A stretch of 64,000 nt of DNA from the NCBI GenBank assembly GCA_964016885.1, contig OZ024748.1:38936001-39000000 (forward strand). The letters are read 5' to 3'. A program made the position numbers and the translations under genes. Positions 39,201 to 51,200 of the stretch are shown here, in pieces. Below the pieces are notes generated by a model, which saw nothing but the letters and a program-made list of their open reading frames with translations, was not told the origin of the DNA and ran no database searches. Each line of letters opens with the position of its first letter. Within the stretch, counting starts at the first letter, position 1. The DNA comes from Eledone cirrhosa (taxonomy: Eukaryota).

Positions 39201-42200
39201 TGTGTGTTGTTGTGTGTGTGGCGTTGTGTGTTGTTGTGTGTGGCGGTGTGTGTTGTTGTGTGTGTGGTGGTGTGTGTTGTTGTGTGTGTGGCGTTGTGTG
39301 TTGTTGTGTGTGGCGGTGTGAGTTTTTGTGTGTGTGGTGGTGTGTGTTGTTGTGTGTGTGGAGGTGTGGGTTGTTGTGTGTGTGGCGGTGTGTGTTGTTA
39401 TGTGTGTGGCGGTGTGTGTTGTTGTGTGTGTGGGGTTGTGGGTTGTTGTGTGTGTAGCGGTGTGGGTTGTTGTGTGTGTGGCGGTGTGTTTTGTTGTGTG
39501 TGTGGGGTTGTGGGTTGTTGTGTGTGTAGCGTGTGGGTTGTTGTGTGTGTGGCGGTGTGGGTTGTTGTGTGTGTGGCGTTGTGGGTTGTTGTGTGTGTGG
39601 CGGTGTATGTTGTTGTGTGTGTGGCGGTGTGGGTTGTTGTGTGTGTGGCGTTGTGGGTTGTTGTGTGTGTCGCGTTGTGGGTTGTTGTGTGTGTGGCGGT
39701 GTGTGTTGTTGTGTGTGTGGCGGTGTGGGCTGTTGTGTTTGTGGCGGTGTTAGTTGTTGTGTGTGTGCTTGTGTAGGTTGTTGTGTGTGTGGCGGCGTGA
39801 GTTGTTGTGTGTGTGGCGGTGTGGGTTGTTGTGTGTGGCTGGGTGTGTTGTTGTGTGTATGGCGATGTGTGTTGTTGTGTGTGTGGCGGTGTGTGTTGTT
39901 GTGTGTGTAGCGGTATGGGTTGTTGGTGTGTGGCGGTGTGTGTTGTTGTGTGTGGCGGTGTGAGTTGTTGTGTGTGTGGCGGTGTGTGTTGTTGTGTGTG
40001 TGGCGTTGTGTGTTGTTGTGTGTGTGGCGGTGTGAGTTGTTGTGTGTGTAGCGGTGTGGGTTGTTGTGTGTGTGGCTGTGTGAGTTGTTGTGTGTGTGGC
40101 GGTGTGTGTTGTTGTGTGTGTAGCGTGTGGGTTGTTGTGTGTGTGGCGGTGTGGGTTGTTGTGTGTGTGGCGGTGTGTGTTGTTGTGTGTGTGGCGGTGT
40201 GGGTTGTTGTGTGTGTGGCGTTGTGGGTTGTTGTGTGTGTCGCGTTGTGGGTTGTTGTATGTGTGGCGGTGTGTGTTGTTGTGTGTGTGGCGGTGTGGGC
40301 TGTTGTGTGTGTGGCGGTGTTAGTTGTTGTGTGTGTGCTTGTGTAGGTTGTTGTGTGTGTGGCGGCGTGAGTTGTTGTGTGTGTGGCGGTGTGGGTTGTT
40401 GTGTGTGGCTGGGTGTGTTGTTGTGTGTATGGCGGTGTGTGTTGTTGTGTGTGTGGCGGTGTGTGTTGTTGTGTGTGTAGCGGTATGGGTTGTTGGTGTG
40501 TGGCGGTGTGTGTTGTTGTGTGTGGCGGTGTGAGTTGTTGTGTGTGTGGCGGTGTGTGTTGTTGTGTGTGTGGCGTTGTGTGTTGTTGTGTGTGTGGCGG
40601 TGTGAGTTGTTGTGTGTGTAGCGGTGTGGGTTGTTGTGTGTGTGGCTGTGTGAGTTGTTGTGTGTGTGGCGGTGTGTGTTGTTGTGTGTGTGGCGGTGTG
40701 TGTTGTTGTGTGTGTGGCGGTGTGTGTTGTTGTGTGTGTGGCGTTGTGTGTTGTTGTGTGTGTGGCGGTGTGGGTTGTTGTGTGTGTGACGGTGTGTGTT
40801 GTTGCGTGTGGCGGTGTGTGTTGTTGTGTGTGTGGCGTTGTGTGTTGTTGTGTGTGTGGCGGTGTGTGTTGTTGTGTGTGTGGCGGTATGGGTTGTTGTG
40901 TGTGTGGGGTTGTGTGTTGTTGTGTGTGTGGCGTTGTGTGTTGTTGTGTGTGTGGCGGTGTGGATTGTTGTGTGTGTGGCGGTGTGGGTTGTTGTGTGTG
41001 TGGCGTCGTGGGTTGTTGTGTGTGTGGCGGTGTGTGTTGTTGTGTGTGTGGCGGTGTGGGTTGTTGTGTGTGTGGCGTTGTGGGTTGTTGTGTGTGTGGC
41101 GTTGTGGGTTGTTGTGTGTGTGGCGGTGTGTGTTGTTGTGTGTGTGGCGGTGTGGGCTGTTGTGTGTGTGGCGGTGTTAGTTGTTGTGTGTGTGGTTGTG
41201 TGGGTTGTTGTGTGTGTGGTGGTGTGAGTTGTTGTGTGTGTAGCGGTGTGGGTTGTTGTGTGTGGCTGGGTGTGTTGTTGTGTGTGTGGCGGTGTGTGTT
41301 GTTGTGTGTGTGGCGGTGTGTGTTGTTGTGTGTGTAGCGGTGTGGGTTGTTGTGTGTGTAGCGGTGTGGGTTGTTGTGTGTGGCGGTGTGGGTTGTTGTG
41401 TGTGTGGCGGTGTGTGTTGTTGAGTGTGTGGCGGTGTGTGTTGTTGCGTGTGGCGGTGTGTGTTGTCGTGTGTGTGGCGGTGTGTGTTGTTGTGTGTGTG
41501 GCGGTGTGTGTTGTTGTGTGTGTGTCGGCGTGGGTTGTTGTGTGTGTGGGGGTGTGGCTTGTTGTGTGTGTGGTGGTGTGTGTTGTTGTGTGTGTGGCGG
41601 TGTGTGTTGTTGTGTGTGTGGTGGTGTGTGTTTTTGTGTGTGTAGCGGTTGTGTTGTTGTGTGTGTGGTGGTGTGGGTTGTTGTGTGTAGCGTGTGTGTT
41701 GTTGTGTGTGTAGCGGTGTGGGTTGTTGTGTGTGTGGTGGTTGTGTTGTTGTGTGTGTGGTGGTGTGGGTTGTTGTGTGTGTGGTGTTGTGTGTTGTTGT
41801 GTGTGTGGCGTTGTGTGTTGTTGTGTGTGTGGCGTTGTGTGTTGTTGTGTGTGGCGGTGTGTGTTGTTGTGTGTGTGGCGGTGTGGGTTGTTGTGTGTGT
41901 GGTGGTGTGGGTTGTTGTGTGTGTGTGGCAGTGTGTGTTGTTGTGTGTGTGTGGCAGTGTGGGTTGTTGTGTGTTGTTGTGTGTGTGGCGTTGTGTGTTG
42001 TTGTGTGTGGCGTTGTGTGTTGTTGTGTGTGGCGGTGTGTGTTGTTGTGTGAGTGGTGGTGTGTGTTGTTGTTTGTGTGGCGTTGTGTGTTGTTGTGTGT
42101 GGCGGTGTGAGTTGTTGTGTGTGTGGTGGTGTGTGTGGTTGTGTGTGTGGCGGTGTGGGTTGTTGTGTGTGTGGCGGTGTGTGTTTTTGTGTGTGTGGCG

Positions 42201-45200
42201 GTGTGTGTTGTTGTGTGTGTGGCGTTATGGGTTGGTGTGTGTGTAGCGGTGTGGGTTGTTGTGTGTGTGGCGTTGTGTGTTGTTGTGTGTGTGGCGGTGT
42301 GGGTTGTTGTGTGTGTGGCGTTGTGTGTTGTTGTGTTTGTGGCGGTGTGGGTTGTTGTGTGTGTGGCCGTGTGGGTTGTTGTGTGTGTGGCGTTGTGTGT
42401 TGTTGTGTGTGGCGTTGTGTGTTGTTGTGTGTGGCGGTGTGTGTTGTTGTGTGAGTGGTGGTGTGTGTTGTTGTTTGTGTGGCGTTGTGTGTTGTTGTGT
42501 GTGGCGGTGTGGGTTGTTGTGTGTGTGGCGGTGTGGGTTGTTGTGTGTTGTTGTGTTTGTGGCGGTGTCGGTTGTTGTGTGTGTGGCGTTGTGGGTTGGT
42601 GTGTGTGTAGCGGTGTGGGTTGTTGTGTGTGTGGCGTTGTGTGTTGTTGTGTGTGTGGCGGTGTGGGTTGTTGTGAGTGTGGCGTTGTGTGTTGTTGTGT
42701 GTGTGGCGGTGTGGGTTGTTGTGTGTGTAGCGGTGTGGGTTGTTGTGTGTGTGGCGGTGTGGGTTGTTGTGTGTGTGTTGTTGTGTGTGTGGCGGTGTGT
42801 GTTGTTGTGTGTGTGGCGTTGTGTGTTGTTGTGTGTGTGGCGGTGTGGGTTGTTGTGTGTGTAGCGGTGTGGGTTGTTGTGTGTGTGGCGGTGTGGGTTG
42901 TTGTGTGTGTGGCGTTGTGTGTTGTTGTGTGTGTGTGGCGGTGTGTGTTGTTGTGTGTGTGGCGCTGTGTGTTGTGTGTGTGGCGGTGTGGGTTGTTGTG
43001 TGTGTAGCGGTGTGGGTTGTTGTGTGTGTGGCGTTGTGTGTTGTTGTGTGTGTGGCGGTGTGGGTTGTTGTGTGTGTGGCGTTGTGTGTTGTTGTGTGTG
43101 TGGCGGTGTGTGTTGTTGTGTGTGTGGCAGTTGTGTTGTTGTGTGTGTGGTGGTGTGTGCTGTTGTGTGTGTGGCGTTATGTGTTGTTGTGTGTGTGGCG
43201 GTGTGTGTTGTTGTGTGTGTGGCGTTGTGTGTTGTTGTGTGTGTGGTGTTGTGTGTTGTTGTGTGTGTGGCGGTGTGGGTTGTTGTGTGTTTAGCGGTGT
43301 GGGTTGTTGTGTGTGTGGCGGTGTGGGTTGTTGTGTGTGTGGCGTTGTTGTTGTTGTGTGTGTGGCGGTGTGGGTTGTTGTGTGTGTGGCGTTGTGTGTT
43401 GTTGTGTGTGTGGCGGTGTGTGTTGTTGTGTGTGTGGTGGTTGTGTTGTTGTGTGTGTGTGGCGTTGTGTGTCGTTGTGTGTGTGGCGTTGTGTGTTGTT
43501 GTGTGTGTGGCGGTGTGGGTTGTTGTGTGTGTGGCGTTGTGTGTTGTTGTGTGTGTGGCGGTGTGTGTTGTTGTGTGTGTGGCGGTGTGGGTTGTTGTGT
43601 GTGTGGTGGTGTGGGTTGTTGTGTGTGTGTGGCAGTGTGTGTTGTTGTGTGTGTGTGGCAGTGTGGGTTGTTGTGTGTTGTTGTGTGTGTGGCGTTGTGT
43701 GTTTTTGTGTGTGTGGCGTTGTGTGTTGTTGTGTGTGGCGGTGTGTGTTGTTGTGTGTGTGTGGCGGTGTGTGTTGTTGTGTGTGTGGCGCTGTGTGTTG
43801 TGTGTGTGGCGGTGTGGGTTGTTGTGTGTGTGGTGGTGTGTGTTGTTGTGTGTGTGGCGTTGTGTGTTGTTGTGTGTGGCGGTGTGAGTTGTTGTGTGTG
43901 TGGTGGTGTGTGTTGTTGTGTGTGGCGGTGTGGGTTGTTGTGTGTGTGGCGGTGTGTGTTTTTGTGTGTGTGGCGGTGTGTGTTGTTGTGTGTGTGGCGT
44001 TGTGGGTTGTTGTGTGTGTAGCGGTGTGGGTTGTTGTGTGTGTGGCGTTGTGTGTTGTTGTGTGTGTGGCGGTGTGGGTTGTTGTGTGTGTGGCGTTGTG
44101 TGTTGTTGTGTTTGTGGCGGTGTGTGTTGTTGTGTGTGTGGCGGTGTGGGTTGTTGTGTGTGTGGCGTTGTGTGTTGTTGTGTGTGTGGCGGTGTGGGTT
44201 GTTGTGTGTGTGGCGTTGTGTGTTGTTGTGTTTGTGGCGGTGTGGGTTGTTGTGTGTGTGGCGGTGTGGGTTGTTGTGAGTGTGGCGTTGTGTGTTGTTG
44301 TGTTTGTGGCGGTGTGGGTTGTTGTGTGTGTGGCGTTGTGGGTTGTTGTGAGTGTGGCGGTGTGGGTTGTTGTGTGTGTAGCGGTGTGGGTTGTTGTGTG
44401 TGTGGCGGTGTGGGTTGTTGTGTGTGTGGCGGTGTGTGTTGTTGTGTGTGTGGCGGTGTGGGTTGTTGTGTGTGTGGCGTTGTGTGTTGTTGTGTGTGTG
44501 GCGGTGTGGGTTGTTGTGTGTGTAGCGGTGTGGGTTGTTGTGTGTGTGGCGGTGTGGGTTGTTGTGTGTGTGGCGTTGTGTGTTGTTGTGTGTGTGTGGC
44601 GGTGTGTGTTGTTGTGTGTGTGGCGTTGTGTGTTGTTGTGTGTGTGGCGGTGTGGATTGTTGTGTGTGTAGCGGTGTGGGTTGTTGTGTGTGTGGCGTTG
44701 TGTGTTGTTGTGTGTGTGGCGGTGTGGGTTGTTGTGTGTGTGGCGTTGTGTGTTGTTGTGTGTGTGGCGGTGTGTGTTGTTGTGTGTGTGGCAGTTGTGT
44801 TGTTGTGTGTGTGGTGGTGTGTGTTGTTGTGTGTGTGGCGTTGTGTGTTGTTGTGTGTGTGGCGGTGTGTGTTGTTGTGTGTGTGTGGCGGTTGTGTTGT
44901 TGTGTGTGTGTGGCGTTGTGTGTTGTTGTGTGTGTGGCGTTGTGTGTTGTTGTGTATGTGGCGGTGTGGGTTGTTGTGTGTGTGGCGTTGTGTGTTGTTG
45001 TGTGTGTGGCGGTGTGTGTTGTGTGTGTGGCGGTGTGGGTTGTTGTGTGTGTGGCGGTGTGAGTTGTTGTGTGTGGCGGTGTGTGTTGTTGTGTGTGTGA
45101 CGGTGTGGGTTGTTGTGTGTGGTGGTGTGTGTTGTTGTACGTGTGGCGGTGTGGGTTGTTGTGTGTGTGGCGGTGTGTGTTGTTGTGTGTGTGGCGGTGT

Positions 45201-48200
45201 GGGTTGTTGTGTGTGGCGTTGTGTGTTGTTGTGTGTGTGTGGCAGTGTGTGTTGATGTGTGTGTGGCGGTGTGTGTTGTTGTGTGTGTGGCCGTGTGTGT
45301 TGTTGTGTGTGTGGCGGTGTGGGTTGCTGTGTGTGGCGTTGTGTGTTGTTGTGTGTGTGGCGTTGTGTGTTGTTGTGTGTGTGGCGGTGTGGGTTGTTGT
45401 CTGTGTAGCGGTGTGGGTTGTTGTGTGTGTAATGGTGTGGGTTGTTGTGTGTGTGGCGGTGGGGGTTGTTGTGTGTGTGGCGTTGTGTGTTGTTGTGTGT
45501 GTGGCGGTGTGTGTTGTTGTGTGTGTGGCGGTGTGGGTTGTTGTGTGTGTGGCGTTGTGTGTTGTTGTGTGTGTGGCGTTGTGTGTTGTTGTGTGTGTGG
45601 CGGTGTGGGTTGTTGTGTGTGTGGCGGTGTCTTTGTCGTGTGTGTGGCGTTGTGGGTTGTTGTGTGTGTGGCGGTGTGTGTTGTTGTGTGTGTGGCGGTG
45701 TGGGTTGTTGTGTGTGTGGCGTTGTGGGTTGTTGTGTGTGTGGCGTTGTGGGTTGTTGTGTGTGTGGCGGTGTGGGCTGTTGTGTGTGTGGCGGTGTTAG
45801 TTGTTGTGTGTGTGGTTGTGTGGGTTGTTGTGTGTGTGGCGGTGTGTGTTGTTGTGTGTGTGGCGGTGTGTGTTGTTGTGTGTGTGGCGGTGTGTGTTGT
45901 TGTGTGTGTGGCGGTGTGTGTTGTTGCGTGTGGCGGTGTGTGTTGTCGTGTGTGTGGCGGTGTGTGTTGTTGTGTGTGTGGCGGTGTGTGTTGTTGTGTG
46001 TGTGGTGGTGTGTGTTGTTGTGTGTGTGGCGGTGTGTGTTGTTGTGTGTGTGGTGGTGTGTGTTGTTGTGTGTGTGGCGGTGTGTGTTGTTGTGTGTGTG
46101 GTTGTGTGTGTTGTTGTGTGTGTGGCGGTGTGTGTTGTTGTGTGTGTGGTGGTGTGTGTTGTTGTGTGTGTGGCGGTGTGTGTTGTTGTGTGTGTGGCGG
46201 TTGTGTTGTTGTGTATGTGGTGGTGTGTGTTGTTGTGTGTGTGGCGGTGTGTGTCGTTGTGTGTGGGAGGGTGTGGGTTGTTGTGTGTGTAGCGGTGTGG
46301 GTTGTTGTGTGTGTGGCGTTGTGTGTTGTTGTGTGTGTGGCGGTGTGGGTTGTTTTTTTGTGGCGTTGTGTGTTGTTGTGTGTGTGACGGTGTGTGTTGT
46401 TGTGTTTGTGGCGGTGTGGGTTGTTGTGTGTGTGGCGTTGTGTGTTGTTGTGTTTGTGGCGGTGTGGGTTGTTGTGTGTGTGGCGGTGTGGGTTGTTGTG
46501 TGTTGTTGTGTTTGTGGCGGTGTCGGTTGTTGTGTGTGTGGCGTTGTGGGTTGGTGTGTGTGTAGCGGTGTGGGTTGTTGTGTGTGTGGCGTTGTGTGTT
46601 GTTGTGTGTGTGGCGGTGTGGGTTGTTGTGAGTGTGGCGTTGTGTGTTGTTGTGTGTGTGGCGGTGGGGGTTGTTGTGTGTGTAGCGGTGTGGGTTGTTG
46701 TGTGTGTGGCGGTGTGGGTTGTTGTGTGTGGGTTGTTGTGTGTGTGTTGTTGTGTGTGTGGCGGTGTGTGTTGTTGTGTGTGTGGCGTTGTGTGTTGTTG
46801 TGTGTGTGGCGGTGTGGGTTGTTGTGTGTGTAGCGGTGTGGGTTGTTGTGTGTGTGGCGGTGTGGGTTGTTGTGTGTGTGGCGTTGTGTGTTGTTGTGTG
46901 TGTGTGGCGGTGTGTGTTGTTGTGTGTGTGGCGCTGTGTGTTGTGTGTGTGGCGGTGTGGGTTGTTGTGTGTGTAGCGGTGTGGGTTGTTGTGTGTGTGG
47001 CGTTGTGTGTTGTTGTGTGTGTGGCGGTGTGGGTTGTTGTGTGTGTGGCGTTGTGTGTTGTTGTGTGTGTGGCGGTGTGTGTTGTTGTGTGTGTGGCAGT
47101 TGTGTTGTTGTGTGTGTGGTGGTGTGTGCTGTTGTGTGTGTGGCGTTATGTGTTGTTGTGTGTGTGGCGGTGTGTGTTGTTGTGTGTGTGGCGTTGTGTG
47201 TTGTTGTGTGTGTGGTGTTGTGTGTTGTTGTGTGTGTGGCGGTGTGGGTTGTTGTGTGTTTAGCGGTGTGGGTTGTTGTGTGTGTGGCGGTGTGGGTTGT
47301 TGTGTGTGTGGCGTTGTTGTTGTTGTGTGTGTGGCGGTGTGGGTTGTTGTGTGTGTGGCGTTGTGTGTTGTTGTGTGTGTGGCGGTGTGTGTTGTTGTGT
47401 GTGTGGCGGTTGTGTTGTTGTGTGTGTGTGGCGTTGTGTGTCGTTGTGTGTGTGGCGTTGTGTGTTGTTGTGTGTGTGGCGGTGTGGGTTGTTGTGTGTG
47501 TGGCGTTGTGTGTTGTTGTGTGTGTGGCGGTGTGTGTTGTTGTGTGTGTGGCGGTGTGGGTTGTTGTGTGTGTGGTGGTGTGGGTTGTTGTGTGTGTGTG
47601 GCAGTGTGTGTTGTTGTGTGTGTGTGGCAGTGTGGGTTGTTGTGTGTTGTTGTGTGTGTGGCGTTGTGTGTTTTTGTGTGTGTGGCGTTGTGTGTTGTTG
47701 TGTGTGGCGGTGTGTGTTGTTGTGTGTGTGGTGGTGTGTGTTGTTGTGTGTGTGGCGTTGTGTGTTGTTGTGTGTGGCGGTGTGAGTTGTTGTGTGTGTG
47801 GTGGTGTGTGTTGTTGTGTGTGTGGCGGTGTGGGTTGTTGTGTGTGTGGCGGTGTGTGTTTTTGTGTGTGTGGCGGTGTGTGTTGTTGTGTGTGTGGCGT
47901 TGTGGGTTGTTGTGTGTGTAGCGGTGTGGGTTGTTGTGTGTGTGGCGTTGTGTGTTGTTGTGTGTGTGGCGGTGTGGGTTGTTGTGTGTGTGGCGTTGTG
48001 TGTTGTTGTGTTTGTGGCGGTGTGTGTTGTTGTGTGTGTGGCGGTGTGGGTTGTTGTGTGTGTGGCGTTGTGTGTTGTTGTGTGTGTGGCGGTGTGGGTT
48101 GTTGTGTGTGTGGCGTTGTGTGTTGTTGTGTTTGTGGCGGTGTGGGTTGTTGTGTGTGTGGCGGTGTGGGTTGTTGTGAGTGTGGCGTTGTGTGTTGTTG

Positions 48201-51200
48201 TGTTTGTGGCGGTGTGGGTTGTTGTGTGTGTGGCGTTGTGGGTTGTTGTGAGTGTGGCGGTGTGGGTTGTTGTGTGTGTAGCGGTGTGGGTTGTTGTGTG
48301 TGTGGCGGTGTGGGTTGTTGTGTGTGTGGCGGTGTGTGTTGTTGTGTGTGTGGCGGTGTGGGTTGTTGTGTGTGTGGCGTTGTGTGTTGTTGTGTGTGTG
48401 GCGGTGTGGGTTGTTGTGTGTGTAGCGGTGTGGGTTGTTGTGTGTGTGGCGGTGTGGGTTGTTGTGTGTGTGGCGTTGTGTGTTGTTGTGTGTGTGTGGC
48501 GGTGTGTGTTGTTGTGTGTGTGGCGTTGTGTGTTGTTGTGTGTGTGGCGGTGTGGATTGTTGTGTGTGTAGCGGTGTGGGTTGTTGTGTGTGTGGCGTTG
48601 TGTGTTGTTGTGTGTGTGGCGGTGTGGGTTGTTGTGTGTGTGGCGTTGTGTGTTGTTGTGTGTGTGGCGGTGTGTGTTGTTGTGTGTGTGGCAGTTGTGT
48701 TGTTGTGTGTGTGGTGGTGTGTGTTGTTGTGTGTGTGGCGTTGTGTGTTGTTGTGTGTGTGGCGGTGTGTGTTGTTGTGTGTGTGTGGCGGTTGTGTTGT
48801 TGTGTGTGTGTGGCGTTGTGTGTTGTTGTGTGTGTGGCGTTGTGTGTTGTTGTGTATGTGGCGGAGTGGGTTGTTGTGTGTGTGGTGGTGTGGGTTGTTG
48901 TATGTGTGGCGGTGTGGGTTGTTGTGTGTGTGGCGTTGTGTGTTGTTGTGTGTGTGGCGGTGTGTGTTGTTGTGTTTGTGGGGTTGTGTGTTGTTGTGTG
49001 GTGGCGGTGTGGGTTGTTGTGTGTGTAGCGGTGTGGGTTGTTGTGTGTGTAGCGGTGTGGGTTGTTGTGTGTGTGGCGGTGTGGGTTGTTGTGTGTGTAG
49101 CGGTGTCGGTTGTTGTGTGTGTAGCGGTGTGGGTTGTTGTGTGTGTGGCGGTGTGGGTTGTTGTGTGTGTGGCGTGGTGTGTTGTTGTGTGTGTGGCGTT
49201 GTATGTTGTTGTGTGTGTGGCGGTGTGGGTTGTTGTGTGTGTGGCGTTGTGTGTTGTTGTGTGTGTGGCGGTGTGTGTTGTGTGTGTGGCGGTGTGGGTT
49301 GTTGTGTGTGTGGCGGTGTGAGTTGTTGTGTGTGGCGGTGTGTGTTGTTGTGTGTGTGACGGTGTGGGTTGTTGTGTGTGGTGGTTTGTGTTGTTGTACG
49401 TGTGGCGGTGTGGGTTGTTGTGTGTGTGGCGGTGTGTGTTGTTGTGTGTGTGGCGGTGTGGGTTGTTGTGTGTGGCGTTGTGTGTTGTTGTGTGTGTGTG
49501 GCAGTGTGTGTTGATGTGTGTGTGGCGGTGTGTGTTGTTGTGTGTGTGGCGGTGTGTGTTGTTGTGTGTGTGGCGGTGTGGGTTGCTGTGTGTGGCGTTG
49601 TGTGTTGTTGTGTGTGTGGCGTTGTGTGTTGTTGTGTGTGTGGCGGTGTGGGTTGTTGTGTGTGTAGCGGTGTGGGTTGTTGTGTGTGTAATGGTGTGGG
49701 TTGTTGTGTGTGTGGCGGTGGGGGTTGTTGTGTGTGTGGCGTTGTGTGTTGTTGTGTGTGTGGCGGTGTGTGTTGTTGTGTGTGTGGCGGTGTGGGTTGT
49801 TGTGTGTGTGGCGTTGTGTGTTGTTGTGTGTGTGGCGTTGTGTGTTGTTGTGTGTGTGGCGGTGTGGGTTGTTGTGTGTGTGGCGGTGTCTTTGTTGTGT
49901 GTGTGGCGTTGTGGGTTGTTGTGTGTGTGGCGGTGTGTGTTGTTGTGTGTGTGGCGGTGTGGGTTGTTGTGTGTGTGGCGTTGTGGGTTGTTGTGTGTGT
50001 GGCGTTGTGGGTTGTTGTGTGTGTGGCGGTGTGTGTTGTTGTGTGTGTGGCGGTGTGGGCTGTTGTGTGTGTGGCGGTGTTAGTTGTTGTGTGTGTGGTT
50101 GTGTGGGTTGTTGTGTGTGTGGCGGTGGGTGTTGTTGTGTGTGTGGCGGTGTGTGTTGTTGTGTGTGTGGCGGTGTGTGTTGTTGTGTGTGTAGCGGTGT
50201 GGGTTGTTGTGTGTGTGGCGGTGTGTGTTGTTGTGTGTGGCGGTGTGAGTTGTTGTGTGTGTGGCGGTGTGTGTTGTTGTGAGTGTGGCGGTGTGGGTTG
50301 TTGTGTGTCTGGCGGTGTGTGTTGTTGTGTGTGTGGCGGTGTGTGTTGTTGCGTGTGGCGGTGTGTGTTGTCGTGTGTGTGGCGGTGTGTGTTGTTGTGT
50401 GTGTGGCGGTGTGTGTTGTTGTGTGTGTGGTGGTGTGTGTTGTTGTGTGTGTGGCGGTGTGTGTTGTTGTGTGTGTGGTGGTGTGTGTTGTTGTGTGTGT
50501 GGCGGTGTGTGTTGTTGTGTGTGTGGTTGTGTGTGTTGTTGTGTGTGTGGCGGTGTGTGTTGTTGTGTGTGTGGTGGTGTGTGTTGTTGTGTGTGTGGCG
50601 GTGTGTGTTGTTGTGTGTGTGGCGGTTGTGTTGTTGTGTATGTGGTGGTGTGTGTTGTTGTGTGTGTGGCGGTGTGTGTCGTTGTGTGTGGGACGGTGTG
50701 GGTTGTTGTGTGTGTAGCGGTGTGGGTTGTTGTGTGTGTGGCGTTGTGTGTTGTTGTGTGTGTGGCGGTGTGTGTTGTTGTGTGTGTGGCGGTTGTGTTG
50801 TTGTGTGTGTGGTGGTGTGTGTTGTTGTGTGTGTGGCGGTGTGTGTTGTTGTGTGTGTGTGGCGTTGTGTGTTGTTGTGTGTGTGGCGTTGTGTGTTGTT
50901 GTGTGTGTGGCGGTGTGGGTTGTTGTGTGTGTAGCGGTGTGGGTTGTTTTTTTGTGGCGTTGTGTGTTGTTGTGTGTGTGACGGTGTGTGTTGTTGTGTG
51001 TGTGGCGGTTGTGTTGTTGTGTGTGTGGTGGTGTGTGTTGTTGTGTGTGTGGCGGTGTGTGTTGTTGTGTGTGTGTGGCGTTGTGTGTTGTTGTGTGTGT
51101 GGCGGTGTGTGTCGTTGTGTGTGGGACGGTGTGGGTTGTTGTGTGTGTAGCGGTGTGGGTTGTTGTGTGTGTGGCGTTGTGTGTTGTTGTGTGTGTGGCG